From Raphidiopsis brookii D9 (lineage in GTDB: Bacteria > Cyanobacteriota > Cyanobacteriia > Cyanobacteriales > Nostocaceae): 32,000 nt of DNA. Location: assembly GCA_000175855.1 (NCBI GenBank), contig ACYB01000031.1, positions 1-32,000 on the forward strand, read 5' to 3'. The position numbers and the translations under genes are program-made. Every line of letters starts with the position of its first letter. Positions within the stretch are counted from its first letter, which is position 1. Below are positions 8,266 to 18,821 of the stretch, one piece after another. The notes under the pieces were generated by a model that searched no databases, had not been told where the DNA came from, and saw nothing but the letters and a program-made list of their open reading frames with translations.

Positions 8266-11200
8266 CTAATCTATACCTTCAATCCGGTTTTCCACCTCCT
8301 GATACAACTCCCGTAACCTATCTAAATTTTCCTCGCTGGTTTCCCAATAACCACGACCATTGACTTCCAATAGGGTAGAAACTATCTTGCGGAAAGAGTG
8401 AGGATTCAAGTTGAGTAGACGTTTTTGCATTTCCTCATCCTTAATAAAGGTCTCATTAGTTTCCTCATAAACCCAGTTATCCACAGCGCCAGCAGTTGCA
8501 CTCCAACCAGTAGTATTTACTAACCGTTTAGAAAGCTCACGCACTCCTTCATAACCATGAGATAACATTCCCTCATACCATTTAGGATTGAGCATTTTTG
8601 TCCGCGCATCTAAACGTACAGTCTCTGATAAACTTCTCACTTGTGCATTCGCAGTGGTTGTATCAGCAATATAGGATGCTGGTTTCTTTCCATCTCCCCG
8701 CAGACTAGCTACCAACTTGGTGGGATCGGAGTCAAATAAATGAGAAACGTCAGTCAAACTAATTTCCGAGGAGTCGAGATTTTGAAAAGTTGCATCAGCA
8801 GTTTTCAGGGAGTTTTCAAATAACTGACGAGATTCATCCATCACTCCTGGATTATCAGAATTAAAAGAGAAGGATTTGCGCTTCAAATACATTTCTTGTA
8901 ATTCTGCTTCACTATCCCAAGTGCTATTCTCCACCGCTAGGTTAATATTGGAGGAATAGGAACCAGAAGCATTAGAAAACACCCGAGTCGCAGCTTGACG
9001 TAGGTTTATACCCATTTCTTGGGCTTGTTGTAGAGCATGTTTCCTTACATAGTTCATCTCTAAAGGTTCATCAGCTTCAGCGGCCATTTTTACCCCTTGG
9101 TCCAGGAGGTTCATTTGGTTAATGAACAAATCTCGAAATACTCCAGAACAGTTAATAACCACATCTATCCTGGGTCTCCCCAATTCTTCTAGAGGAATCA
9201 ATTCTAATTTGTTGACCCTCCCCAAAGAATCGGGAATGGGTCTTACCCCCACCATCCACATAATTTGTGCCAGGGATTCTCCGTAGGTTTTAATATTATC
9301 CGTACCCCACAGCACACAAGCAATGGTTTCTGGCCACTGACCATTATTTTCTGCTTTATTCCTCTCTAACAATCTATCCACTACAATTTTCGCTGACTGA
9401 ACAGCTGCGGTTGTGGGAATAGCTTGTGGATCTAGGGCGTGTATGTTTTTACCCGTTGGCAATACATCCGGATTGCGAATTGGATCCCCTCCCGGTCCAG
9501 GTAATATATATTCCCCTTCCAGACCTTGTAATAAACCTCCTAGTTCGTTATCTGCACACACTTGTTTCAGACAAAATTCTAAATACTCAAATAGGGGTTT
9601 AAGTGCAGATACATCTACCTTGGTGTAACCTGAGTTATATAGGGATTCCACCCAAGGTTCTTTTTTACCCATGTTGAAGAAATTCAACTTAGAAACTAGA
9701 GAAACCCTACCTTCCGCATCTGTTTGTGCTTGTACTAAAGAACCTACAGCAGCACGGGTAGCCATAGTAATATCCTGTAGTAACTGTACATCACTCAAAA
9801 TACCGCGATCGCTATTTTGGTAAATCTCTTCAAGATCCCTTCCTAAGCTTTGGGCAATAATCCGAGGTAAACTGAGAATCTCTTCTTCTGTCCGATCCAA
9901 GCTAGCAATATTAACTAGGGTAGCAACAGCTTCTTGTGCGGTTGGTGGTTTACCAATCACATGTAAACCACAAGGTAGTAACCTAGATTCTATTTCCATT
10001 AACTTGCGATAGACAATCCCCACCACATTATCCCTGTCTTCTGGGGAGAGATCCTTAGCATCGGTTTCAGGAAGGTCTATGTCCTTATCCAAATTAACAA
10101 TGCGACACTTGTCAATAATCGCATTGACAATAGAAACTCCCCTTCCACTATCCTTCAAGGTTTGATAAGAAGCAATCAACTCACTCAGTTCCTTCAACCC
10201 CTTGTATAAACCGGCATTTTCTGCGGGTGGGGTCAAATAGGAAATAGTTTCTGCATAACTACGCCGCTTGGCAATTGTGGCTTCACTGGGATTATTAGCT
10301 GCGTAATAATACAGATTGGGAATTGTACCAATTAGTTGGTCAGGATAGCAATCTCCCGACATACCCATTTGTTTACCGGGCATAAACTCTAGGGAACCAT
10401 GAGTACCAAAATGCAAAACCGCATCAGCACCCCAAATTCTTTCTAGGTAGGTATAGAAAGCGGCAAAACCGTGGTGAGGACTAGCAGAACGAGAAAATAG
10501 TAAGCGCATTGGGTCACCTTCATAACCAAAGGTAGGTTGGACACCAATAAAAACATTACCGAATTCTTTACCATAAATTAATAGGTTTTGTCCATCACTA
10601 TTTAAATGTCCTGGTGGTGGTCCCCAGTTTTCTTCCAGACGTTCTGAATAGGGTGTGAGGGTCTCATATTCTGACACAGACATTTTATAAGCAATATTCA
10701 GTTCGGGACTGGAATACTGTGCTTGTGCGTCATGAATTACTTGTTCCATCAATTCCTTGGCAGTGTCAGGAATATTCTGTACATCATATCCATTATTTCT
10801 CAATCCTTTGAGAACTTCATGAATAGAACCAAATACATCCAAATAAGCAGCAGTTCCCACATTACCTTTATCAGGGGGAAAGCTAAAAACCGTAATGGCA
10901 ATCTTTTTATCCAATTTTGGTTTACGACGGAGACTAGCCCATTTGAGAGCCCGTTGGGTAACTATCTCCACCCTATCCTGCAGTGCGATCGCCCTTCCTG
11001 TAGCACCATCTTTACCGGAGAGGATAATTGGCTCAATTGCACCATCCAATTCAGGTATGGCAATTTGTAGAGCTACTTGAATGGGATGTAAACCCAAATC
11101 ACTATTTAACCATTCTTCCGTGGTTTGAAACACCAAGGGTAGGGCCACCATATAGGGACGGTTGAGCCGTTTTAATGCTTCTATGGCTTTGGGGTGGTCT

Positions 11201-12252
11201 TGTCTTGCAGGTCCACCTACTAAAGCAAATCCAGTTAAGGATACCACCGCATCCACTAAGGGTCTTTCACTTGTGGGCTCATAGAAATAGGCATTCACAG
11301 GCTTAGAAAAGTCCAATCCTCCAGCAAATACCGGGAGAACCTTAGCACCTAAAGACTCTAATTCTTGCACTATGGCTACATAATGAGCATCATCCCCAGT
11401 CACTAGATGGGTGCGCTGCAATACTAAACCCACACAGGGTGCTAGGGGGTCTTTTAAAGTTTTGGGAATATCTCTACGACTATTATACCAATTGAGATAT
11501 TCCCTCACATCTTCAAACATTGTGGGAGCTAAAGGATGCCAAATCCCCATATCTGGGTAAACTATGGGCGCTTGATATTCAGACTTAACTAGATTTGTTT
11601 TGTCTTCACCTTTCAAAACATATTTATCTGCCAGCATCAGCAAAAAGTTTTCTAGATTTTCTGCTGAACCACCCAACCAATATTGAAAACTCAGCATGAA
11701 ATTTCTTGCATCCTGGGCTTTTTCCATAGGAAGAAATTTCAGTACTTGGGGGAGGGTACGTAATAACTTGAGCATTCCATCTTGAAACCCCGCACCAGAT
11801 TTTTCCTTGCGCTTTTTCATGAAGTTGGCGATAACCCCTTTAGATTGTCCCAACTGTGCCAAGGAAAAACTACCCATTTTATTCAGGCGCATTACTTCAG
11901 GCATAGATGGAAAAACAACCGCTACATCGAAATTATCCCGGTGTGGTGCCACAGCAGTAACCAGTTTCTGTGCTAAATCTTCAATAAATATCAGAGAGGC
12001 GATGAATATATTAGCACCAGCTATATCACGTTTAAATTCTTCATAGTTTTCTGGATTGCGCAGCTCTTCAATTAAATAGCCACTAATTTCAATCCCTATG
12101 GAGGGATGTTTGGCATTAATTTGCCTTACTGCTTGAGATAAGGAACTTTGATATTGAGACTCAAGGACAACATAAACGACCTTGATGAGAGTGCGGTCCC
12201 CTAAATTATCAGGTTCAATATGTCTAATTGTGGATTTCACCTGGGTGAACAT
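8266..12252 (-). CDS. chlH: Magnesium chelatase subunit H (CobN/ChlH family)
   Basis: 1328 aa, the length typical of ChlH. CobN/Mg-chelatase-type sequence runs throughout. AAGGAG lies 10 nt upstream of the ATG. Confidence 0.95.
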   Translation of the reverse strand: MFTQVKSTIRHIEPDNLGDRTLIKVVYVVLESQYQSSLSQAVRQINAKHPSIGIEISGYLIEELRNPENYEEFKRDIAGANIFIASLIFIEDLAQKLVTAVAPHRDNFDVAVVFPSMPEVMRLNKMGSFSLAQLGQSKGVIANFMKKRKEKSGAGFQDGMLKLLRTLPQVLKFLPMEKAQDARNFMLSFQYWLGGSAENLENFLLMLADKYVLKGEDKTNLVKSEYQAPIVYPDMGIWHPLAPTMFEDVREYLNWYNSRRDIPKTLKDPLAPCVGLVLQRTHLVTGDDAHYVAIVQELESLGAKVLPVFAGGLDFSKPVNAYFYEPTSERPLVDAVVSLTGFALVGGPARQDHPKAIEALKRLNRPYMVALPLVFQTTEEWLNSDLGLHPIQVALQIAIPELDGAIEPIILSGKDGATGRAIALQDRVEIVTQRALKWASLRRKPKLDKKIAITVFSFPPDKGNVGTAAYLDVFGSIHEVLKGLRNNGYDVQNIPDTAKELMEQVIHDAQAQYSSPELNIAYKMSVSEYETLTPYSERLEENWGPPPGHLNSDGQNLLIYGKEFGNVFIGVQPTFGYEGDPMRLLFSRSASPHHGFAAFYTYLERIWGADAVLHFGTHGSLEFMPGKQMGMSGDCYPDQLIGTIPNLYYYAANNPSEATIAKRRSYAETISYLTPPAENAGLYKGLKELSELIASYQTLKDSGRGVSIVNAIIDKCRIVNLDKDIDLPETDAKDLSPEDRDNVVGIVYRKLMEIESRLLPCGLHVIGKPPTAQEAVATLVNIASLDRTEEEILSLPRIIAQSLGRDLEEIYQNSDRGILSDVQLLQDITMATRAAVGSLVQAQTDAEGRVSLVSKLNFFNMGKKEPWVESLYNSGYTKVDVSALKPLFEYLEFCLKQVCADNELGGLLQGLEGEYILPGPGGDPIRNPDVLPTGKNIHALDPQAIPTTAAVQSAKIVVDRLLERNKAENNGQWPETIACVLWGTDNIKTYGESLAQIMWMVGVRPIPDSLGRVNKLELIPLEELGRPRIDVVINCSGVFRDLFINQMNLLDQGVKMAAEADEPLEMNYVRKHALQQAQEMGINLRQAATRVFSNASGSYSSNINLAVENSTWDSEAELQEMYLKRKSFSFNSDNPGVMDESRQLFENSLKTADATFQNLDSSEISLTDVSHLFDSDPTKLVASLRGDGKKPASYIADTTTANAQVRSLSETVRLDARTKMLNPKWYEGMLSHGYEGVRELSKRLVNTTGWSATAGAVDNWVYEETNETFIKDEEMQKRLLNLNPHSFRKIVSTLLEVNGRGYWETSEENLDRLRELYQEVENRIEGID

Positions 12253-12520
12253 TTAGAAAAGCTCCTTTGATGCGTGTGGTCTGTTGGAAGATCTTCTCTT
12301 CCATTTTCTTAGGCAATTAAGAGTTTTGTACCAGAAAACCCGGGTTGAGTGGGAGTTTTCCTCTGGAACTGAAACAAAATGATATAAAAAACGTAACTAT
12401 TATTAGCAAATCTTAATGATTTAGCAAGACTTTTTCAAATTTGGACTAACCATTACTATATTTTTATTAGTGATTAGATCTCATCTAATTAAGTTAAATT
12501 ATTTATAAGGAAGGTGCTGT

Positions 12521-13141
12521 TTGTCTCCTAGTCATCACTTAACTAAAAAAAATCTGTTTGAGCAGAAAGTAATTATTGCTACTGATGGGAATGTGATACT
12601 GTATCCTGATTTTTTCAGTGTAGAACACTGTAACCAGTTGTTTTGCGAGTTATATGGTAATACTAAGTGGAAACAAGAGATCATTCATTTGTTTGGCAAA
12701 AAAATGCCCATTCCACGACTGACTGCATGGTATGGGGACGAGGGTAAATCCTATACCTACTCTGGAATAGAACAACATCCAGAACCTTGGAATCCTACAT
12801 TGAATTTGATTAAATCTAAAATTGAGGAAATTGTACCAGTTAGATTTAATAGCGTTTTAATTAATCTATATAGAGATGGTAAAGATACTATGGGATGGCA
12901 TAGTGACGATGAACCGGAATTAGGTAAGAATCCTCTGATTGCTTCCATTAGTTTTGGTGCAACTCGCCGCTTTCATTTACGACACAAATATGACAAGAGT
13001 CAAAAGGCTGTGATTGACTTAGAAAGTGGTAGTGTACTGTTAATGCAAGACCAGACCCAGCACTTTTGGCAACATCAAATTGGGAAAACAGCTAAAAAAG
13101 TTCAACCTAGAATTAACTTGACGTTTAGAATCGTTAATTGA
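12521..13141 (+). CDS. alkB: AlkB-type Fe(II)/2-oxoglutarate-dependent dioxygenase (alkylated nucleic-acid repair family)
   Basis: 206 aa. It has the HxD motif in GWHSDDE, a distal His (HFWQHQ) and the AlkB signature RINLTFR. AAGGAAGG lies upstream of the TTG start. Confidence 0.85.
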   Translation: MSPSHHLTKKNLFEQKVIIATDGNVILYPDFFSVEHCNQLFCELYGNTKWKQEIIHLFGKKMPIPRLTAWYGDEGKSYTYSGIEQHPEPWNPTLNLIKSKIEEIVPVRFNSVLINLYRDGKDTMGWHSDDEPELGKNPLIASISFGATRRFHLRHKYDKSQKAVIDLESGSVLLMQDQTQHFWQHQIGKTAKKVQPRINLTFRIVN

Positions 13142-13146
13142 TATTC

Positions 13147-13164
13147 CCACCAATGCATTGGTGG
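13147..13164 (+). terminator. Perfect 18-bp palindrome CCACCAATGCATTGGTGG, 5 nt after the alkB stop; possible terminator hairpin or protein-binding site
   Basis: Read directly. The nearest U-run (TTTTTT) begins about 16 nt downstream, so this is not a canonical intrinsic terminator. Confidence 0.3.
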
Positions 13165-13278
13165 ATTAGATCACGTAAAGTTTTTTGTACTTTTTAGCTG
13201 GGGATCATTTTTGGTTGTTAGTATGTGTGCGGGTGTGCTTAGGTATCCTAACTTAAAATCTATTAAAACCTAACTGTT

Positions 13279-13605
13279 ATGTTGATTATCAATCATTACT
13301 ATATCGAATGGATTGAGGACTGGTGCACGGAAAATGGTTGGACTGATTTATTTGTAGAACGTCGTGGTAACTATTGGGCTTTTCCTCCAGGTTGTGTAAT
13401 TCCAGAGCCCATTCCTATAGACACTTTGAAATTAATTAAACAGAAAAATGGTGCTACTAATGAGGAAGTATTAATATCAGTTGTTGCATTATTTATTACT
13501 CTTTTATGTATAATTTGGGCATTTATTTGTATGTCTCCCATGCCCCTAGTTGTTGCTTTTGCTTTTGATGCAGTGACAGTTGCACAATTAGAAATAGAAG
13601 AGTAG
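13279..13605 (+). CDS. Hypothetical small membrane protein
   Basis: 108-aa ORF. A W/E-rich soluble N-half is followed by one or two hydrophobic helices (LISVVALFITLLCIIWAFICMSPMPLVVAFAF). I recognise no family. Confidence 0.5.
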   Translation: MLIINHYYIEWIEDWCTENGWTDLFVERRGNYWAFPPGCVIPEPIPIDTLKLIKQKNGATNEEVLISVVALFITLLCIIWAFICMSPMPLVVAFAFDAVTVAQLEIEE

Positions 13606-13624
13606 AGGAGTTTTGATTATCACA

Positions 13625-15550
13625 TTAGTTATTGTTGTTATTAATTCTTTGCCGAAACTCAAATCTCTCTCCCAACTGTTCTATGGTTAAATCCTGAGTC
13701 CAGTATTCTATTAAAGAATAACCTAAAGACCAAGCACCTTGCTGGGGTGTGCCAGAATTTTCGAGCAAAAAAGGCCAAAGGGATAATAAATCAAATTCCC
13801 TTGTTTTTCTTCCATCCTCTTGGACTGTATGGAGTAGTTTAAATAAATCATAAGACATTTGTAATTTACCAATTACCACAGGTAATTGTTCCACGGGGAT
13901 TTTTTCTGCTAAAATATGAGCCAGAGCAGGTGAACCCGTGGATAAGGTAGCAACAAATTGCAAAATAGGGTTTTTTAAGAAGCTGGTAATTCCCTGAGTA
14001 GTTGTCATTTGAAAGCTGTAGTGATCAATAATTGTTGCTGCTTGGGCAATCCGGGTTTCTAAGTTACGCAAAAAGCGGGATAATCTTAACTGCTTTGCTG
14101 GGTCTATAACTGATAACAGTCCATCAGACAATTCTTCTAAATTCCAACCACAACGTTTAGTTTTCGGGTCATCAGTCACTAATGGCAAAACCAAGTGAGA
14201 TCCATTAATCAAGACTGGTTTGAATTTTTGTTCTCGGTATAATACCGCTTCTCTAATTGCGATTTCCTTGAGTTTATTTCCACTGCGCCAATTATAGGGA
14301 GGTTGCCATTCCCTAATTGGACGTAGTTTATCCACTTGGGTAACCACAGCAATGATTGGTAAATCAGTCACTTGCTTTTGCATATCTTCCAAAAAATCTA
14401 CATCCACTTGCAAAGCAGGATCCAGCGCAGGACTTACTAATAGAAGTAAATCTGCTTTTTTTCCATAATCCATCACTAAGTCCCGAAAATCTTGACGGTT
14501 TACCTGTTCATAACCAGGAGTGTCACAAAGTTCGACTATTTCACCACTTTCTGTTTGCCAATTATAAGTTGTTATTTTGTCCGTACTTGGCAAAACATCA
14601 ACTTCAGCTATTTCACTGGCAAAAATGGTATTAATTACACTACTTTTTCCAGCACCATTACGCCCCGCAATCAAAATATTGAGAGGGGTTTTTTCCAGCT
14701 TTTCTGGTGAATGAGCTTGCTGAATAATATCCCGCAAGGTTTGAGTTTTAGCTTCTGGTAATTCAGAAATCATTAATTCCATTTTTACCCCACCATATAG
14801 AACAACTGCTTGTTGACATAAGTTCCTCAAGGTGGCTTCTCTTAATATTTGATTCAGATTAATTAATAATTCTTGTGTAGCCCTATTATTGAGATTATCA
14901 GTAGCTTTTTTGGCTATAGCTCCCACAGGATTTAAAAACAACTGGGCAATATCCCACACCTGGAAAAGTTTCTTGGCAGTAGGTTCTAATTGACGATACA
15001 CTTCATAGCTTTGATAAACTTTCCCCACACTCACCTGATTTAAAACCGGGGATAATTTTTGCATCCATTTATCCATATCATCCACCGTACCACGAATTAA
15101 TCCATATACTTGGGGAATGTAAATACTTAACAAGGGATATTTCACTTCTGGGTTATATATATGGGCAATCCCCACTACTAAATCTTGACATCTTTGCCAG
15201 AAAGTTTGTAAGTCCTCCCAAATAGCAAGATCATTTTTACCATCATTTAGAACTTTTTGTAATATCCTTTCTACCTGTTCACTTTTTTCTTTCTCTGGAG
15301 ACCAATTCAGAGCCAATTCTTTTTTAACCTGGTCAAACACACTCTCAATTTGATTATTCATTGATTTGGTCAACTTCACCAATAACCAACGCCAACCAGT
15401 AAACATTAATATGAATATACCCCAAATCCAATTCAACCCCCAATTGTTAATTTGTATTCCTGCAGCAATAAGTACAAAAGCAATGATTAATGCTATAGGC
15501 GATATTAATACCAACCATTGCCAAAATTTTAAACGATTCATAAAAACCAC
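13625..15550 (-). CDS. Membrane-anchored P-loop GTPase (MMR_HSR1/Era-like G domain) with large flanking helical domains
   Basis: 641 aa. There are two N-terminal TM helices. The G motifs run in canonical order: G1 GRNGAGKSS, G3 DTPG, G4 TQVD. The start is GTG-15550 or ATG-15541. Confidence 0.8.
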   Translation of the reverse strand: MVFMNRLKFWQWLVLISPIALIIAFVLIAAGIQINNWGLNWIWGIFILMFTGWRWLLVKLTKSMNNQIESVFDQVKKELALNWSPEKEKSEQVERILQKVLNDGKNDLAIWEDLQTFWQRCQDLVVGIAHIYNPEVKYPLLSIYIPQVYGLIRGTVDDMDKWMQKLSPVLNQVSVGKVYQSYEVYRQLEPTAKKLFQVWDIAQLFLNPVGAIAKKATDNLNNRATQELLINLNQILREATLRNLCQQAVVLYGGVKMELMISELPEAKTQTLRDIIQQAHSPEKLEKTPLNILIAGRNGAGKSSVINTIFASEIAEVDVLPSTDKITTYNWQTESGEIVELCDTPGYEQVNRQDFRDLVMDYGKKADLLLLVSPALDPALQVDVDFLEDMQKQVTDLPIIAVVTQVDKLRPIREWQPPYNWRSGNKLKEIAIREAVLYREQKFKPVLINGSHLVLPLVTDDPKTKRCGWNLEELSDGLLSVIDPAKQLRLSRFLRNLETRIAQAATIIDHYSFQMTTTQGITSFLKNPILQFVATLSTGSPALAHILAEKIPVEQLPVVIGKLQMSYDLFKLLHTVQEDGRKTREFDLLSLWPFLLENSGTPQQGAWSLGYSLIEYWTQDLTIEQLGERFEFRQRINNNNN

Positions 15551-15658
15551 TTATTTTTATTAATACCTTTGCCAATTTTCCAAATATAGGGCTGAAACCC
15601 AATAAAATCGTCACGATATCAATACGGGTTGAGAATTTTGGCAGCAGTATTGTTTTAT

Positions 15659-16174
15659 TTATTGTCTAATAGAAGCTCCCAGAATCTCCGAGATCCAAAC
15701 TTCTAAATTGTGAATAGAACAACCACGCAAAACAGTACCCTCATGAACCATAGGTTCCACCAAGATAGTAAACATTCCCAACCGGTTACCAGCAACTACA
15801 TCAGTAAATAGGCGATCGCCTACCATAGCAACCTGATTAACAGACAAGTTCATTTCCCGTAGTGCTGATCTAATTTTACGTCGTGAAGGTTTGGCCGCAC
15901 CTAGGTAGTAGGGTAGATTTAAAGAGTTAGCAATAGAGCTAATGCGGGGTTGACTCAAATTATTACTCACCAACCATAATGCTGCATATTGTCTTATTTC
16001 CATGACCCACTGTTCTAATTCTGGGGAGACGGAGTTAGCAGTTATAGGTACTAGGGTATCATCAACATCTAGAATGAGTCCTTTGAGTCCATATTGTTGA
16101 ATGATACTCGGTGTTAGATTTAAAATCGGACCGTGTAAAATCAAATCTGGTTGTAAGATTTCACTCCAAATCAT
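15659..16174 (-). CDS. YqeG-family HAD-IIIA phosphatase
   Basis: 171 aa. It has HAD motif I LILDVDDTLVP and motif IV-like VGDRLFTDV. Size and layout fit the YqeG subfamily. Confidence 0.8.
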   Translation of the reverse strand: MIWSEILQPDLILHGPILNLTPSIIQQYGLKGLILDVDDTLVPITANSVSPELEQWVMEIRQYAALWLVSNNLSQPRISSIANSLNLPYYLGAAKPSRRKIRSALREMNLSVNQVAMVGDRLFTDVVAGNRLGMFTILVEPMVHEGTVLRGCSIHNLEVWISEILGASIRQ

Positions 16175-16235
16175 GGCTTCTTCAAATGAGTGGACTGGGA
16201 AAATATAGCTCGAGATTATTTATGCTAAAGCCTAA

Positions 16236-16280
16236 CTGGGGAAGCCTCAAATGGGCTGATTTTAATTTCTACTTCCCCAG
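16236..16280. other. 9-bp-stem inverted repeat (CTGGGGAAG...CTTCCCCAG) in the DUF1292-yqeG intergenic region
   Basis: Read directly. The loop is 27 nt. It lies 6 nt downstream of the minus-strand stop at 16286. There is no U-tract, so a terminator or processing role is uncertain. Confidence 0.3.
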
Positions 16281-16285
16281 GTCGA

Positions 16286-16861
16286 CTATTCGACTGTATC
16301 AAACAGGTATTCTTCCAAGAGGGGCTGAACCTGATTAAACTCCTCTGGGGAAAGCAACTGAGGTTTACCACTCTGAGTCTTTCTGGCAAAAAATAGGAGT
16401 GGATCAATAGGTGTGTAGATTTCGTACTCTTGGTCTTCGTAATAGAAATTGGTCAGCAGTTGTAATTGCTCTGGTTCTGTTTCTTGTTCTTCCTCACCCT
16501 CAATTTCTAGGGTCAAGATCTCAGATTCTTCCACTAGTGGTAGCTCACCAGTTACGGTCAAAGCGTAGGCAGTGTTTTTTAAAGTTAAATTCTGCTCAGA
16601 TAGGACAGCCTGAGCAGTGCTGAAAATCCGATCAATTGTTTGATCATCTTCTACTAAATTTGCTTCTTCTTCGTCTCCATAACCCTCCCAAGCAAAAATT
16701 TGTATGGGAGAGTCCACGGGTAAAAGCAAAATATACTCTTGACCTTCTATCTCAAAGGAATTCTCTATATAACACTCGAGCGATCGCCCTTTTTCATCTG
16801 TTAAGGTAATCAATTCAGCATCAGCACGGTCATTTTCTTCAGAAAAGTCAGAGGAATACAT
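16286..16861 (-). CDS. Acidic DUF1292-like protein with two repeats
   Basis: 191 aa and very D/E-rich. The N-terminal unit ITLTDEKGRSLECYIENSFEIEGQEYILLLPVD matches the DUF1292 pattern. A second, weaker unit is LLTNFYYEDQEYEIYTPIDPLLFF. Confidence 0.7.
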   Translation of the reverse strand: MYSSDFSEENDRADAELITLTDEKGRSLECYIENSFEIEGQEYILLLPVDSPIQIFAWEGYGDEEEANLVEDDQTIDRIFSTAQAVLSEQNLTLKNTAYALTVTGELPLVEESEILTLEIEGEEEQETEPEQLQLLTNFYYEDQEYEIYTPIDPLLFFARKTQSGKPQLLSPEEFNQVQPLLEEYLFDTVE

Positions 16862-17007
16862 AGTTACACAATCTAAATTTATTAATACTCAAATGCACTA
16901 GAATGATTCAACTACATGACAAGCCAAAAAGCCGAATACAGTATTGAGTAATAGTCTTGAGGATATCACCTTTAAAGGTACTAGAACAAGAAAAAATCCC
17001 ACTTAGG

Positions 17008-17484
17008 TTATAGTTCACTTTGGTTTGTTATATCTTGCGAAGTTCTTAACCTTCTATCATCTAACCACTGCTGTAAGATTATGGATGCTGCTTTGCGGTC
17101 CACTAAACCCCTATTATAGGATGGTGAGCGATTTTCTGCTAGGAGCATTTGCTCAGCTTGAAAAGAGGTTAATCGCTCATCCACATACTCCACGGGTAAC
17201 CCCAGAGTTTTCGCTAGTCTATTAGCAAACTTCTGGATTCGACGCGCTTGCTCTCCTATAGAACCGTCCCTGGAGTATGGTATACCAACGACTAAAATTT
17301 GCACTCGTCGCTTTTCTACCAGTCCTTGTATTTCCTGTAAATCTTCCACAAAGGACTTGCGTTGGATTGTAGTTATCCCTGTAGCAATTAGTCCGGTACC
17401 ATCGCAACCAGCAACACCCACTCGCTTACTACCCACATCTAGACCCAGAGCGGATACAAAATATCTTGACTGGGATTCAACCAC
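17008..17484 (-). CDS. ruvX: Holliday-junction resolvase-like / pre-16S rRNA nuclease RuvX (YqgF)
   Basis: It has the ALGLDVGSKRVGVAGCD motif and a C-terminal YVDERLTS motif. The ORF opens at TTG-17523, which would overlap the upstream GNAT gene. GTG-17484 is the nearest start before the conserved core. The start is uncertain. Confidence 0.85.
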   Translation of the reverse strand: MVESQSRYFVSALGLDVGSKRVGVAGCDGTGLIATGITTIQRKSFVEDLQEIQGLVEKRRVQILVVGIPYSRDGSIGEQARRIQKFANRLAKTLGLPVEYVDERLTSFQAEQMLLAENRSPSYNRGLVDRKAASIILQQWLDDRRLRTSQDITNQSEL

Positions 17485-17488
17485 TACT

Positions 17489-18670
17489 CTAATTATTCTC
17501 CTGTGGTGGTTCTGATGGCTCAATTGTCAGGGCGACCATTTCTGATTTGCCCATGGTTACCTCAGGAACAGGTGGCGATTTAGGAACCCAGGACATACCA
17601 CCAGGAATGGGTTTACGTGAAGGTTGTAGTCCCTGAAGCACCTCCGTCCACTGAATACCTTCCAGCGAGACAAATTTGGACTCCCGGATTTTATGCCACA
17701 CGGAGCGAGACATAATCAAGGTGTGTTCAATCCTCTGGGCACCAATATTCTCCAGGTATTGTTCCCTTTCTGGTTGGTAATCGGATGACGCTAATTTTAG
17801 ACTCTGTTGGGGAAAATCTTGACTAATACGGGCCAATTGAGATAATAATTCTGGATATAACCAGGTATAAGCCGGATGAACTGTTAGGGTGGCTACATGA
17901 GGACTAGTTCCTTTTCTGTCTAATTGCAATTCAAAGTAACCAATTGCCGCTTTACGCTGAGGTTCAAATACATAGGCGCTCACTACCTCTGTCTGCTCTA
18001 CCCATTGTTTGATAGCATCACCAATTATATCAAATAAGCTAGTTTTAAAATCATGCGTGTGGCGATCAAATACCTGTCTCACCAAAGGGGGCATGGATGC
18101 CGTATCTAACTGGTACAGTAGGGGCGCATCCGCATTACTAACTGGTAGGAGATTAGGTAAATCCGGTTCAGCTTGTGCTAACTCTTGTAACAGCTCTGGT
18201 TTAATTTCCCAATAGGTGGTTTCTGCTAAACGCTGAAATCCATTTTGACGATAAAGTGCCAAAGCATTCACATCATTAATGTTTACTTCTAATATCCACA
18301 TGCGAGCTTCTAAAATTGATTCAAAGCAGTGGCGCAGTAATTGGGAACCTATACCTAATTTATCAGCGCAGGGATCTAAAATGACCTGGTCAACATGCCA
18401 GGTGCTGCGGGTGCGATTGAAAGGGGAAACCTGAATTATGCCTAGCAACTTACGACCGCGCTCCGCTACAAATTGACGGAAACGATGTTGCCATGGGTTG
18501 GGGAAGCAGTTTAAAAATTCCAGCACTCCAAACCAGCGACCTAGCCACTGCATGCCAAAAAGACCACACTTGGGAGGGACTTCCTGTCTCAGACGTTCAA
18601 GACCGTCTAGATCCCTATATTGTATGGGACGAATTATCAGTTCCAGATTTGGAGGAAGTAGTGAGTTCAT
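17489..18670 (-). CDS. GNAT-family N-acetyltransferase with a tandem GNAT-like architecture
   Basis: 393 aa. The first half has an acetyl-CoA-binding-type segment (KLGIGSQLLRHCFE ... ALALYRQNGFQ). The second half looks like a degenerate GNAT fold. Confidence 0.7.
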   Translation of the reverse strand: MNSLLPPNLELIIRPIQYRDLDGLERLRQEVPPKCGLFGMQWLGRWFGVLEFLNCFPNPWQHRFRQFVAERGRKLLGIIQVSPFNRTRSTWHVDQVILDPCADKLGIGSQLLRHCFESILEARMWILEVNINDVNALALYRQNGFQRLAETTYWEIKPELLQELAQAEPDLPNLLPVSNADAPLLYQLDTASMPPLVRQVFDRHTHDFKTSLFDIIGDAIKQWVEQTEVVSAYVFEPQRKAAIGYFELQLDRKGTSPHVATLTVHPAYTWLYPELLSQLARISQDFPQQSLKLASSDYQPEREQYLENIGAQRIEHTLIMSRSVWHKIRESKFVSLEGIQWTEVLQGLQPSRKPIPGGMSWVPKSPPVPEVTMGKSEMVALTIEPSEPPQENN

Positions 18671-18821
18671 TTCGATTTAAAAGGATTATATCCAGACCTA
18701 ATAAGCTGGCTTCACGCTACCAATAGGAAAAAAATTGCCGAACGCTTGCCAATTGTAGCACTTTTGTTAGTTTTTTATGCCAACCCAGGGCGTTGGGCAA
18801 TTTTCTCCTGAAAATTGTTGG

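Noticed and set aside
9413-12046. Five plus-strand ORFs (61-115 aa) inside chlH
   Set aside because: They are shadow ORFs antisense to the 1328-aa ChlH reading frame. None has an SD, a recognisable motif or any family resemblance.
16111-16623. ORFs 16111-16338 (+), 16225-16407 (-) and 16411-16623 (+) around the yqeG/DUF1292 junction
   Set aside because: They overlap the ends of supported minus-strand genes or the short intergenic hairpin region. They have no SD, and their translations look random.
17485-17523. ruvX starting at TTG-17523, overlapping the GNAT gene by 35 nt
   Set aside because: TTG-17523 is merely the first possible start in the open frame. The conserved RuvX core starts near residue 22. 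GTG-17484 avoids the overlap. The start remains uncertain.
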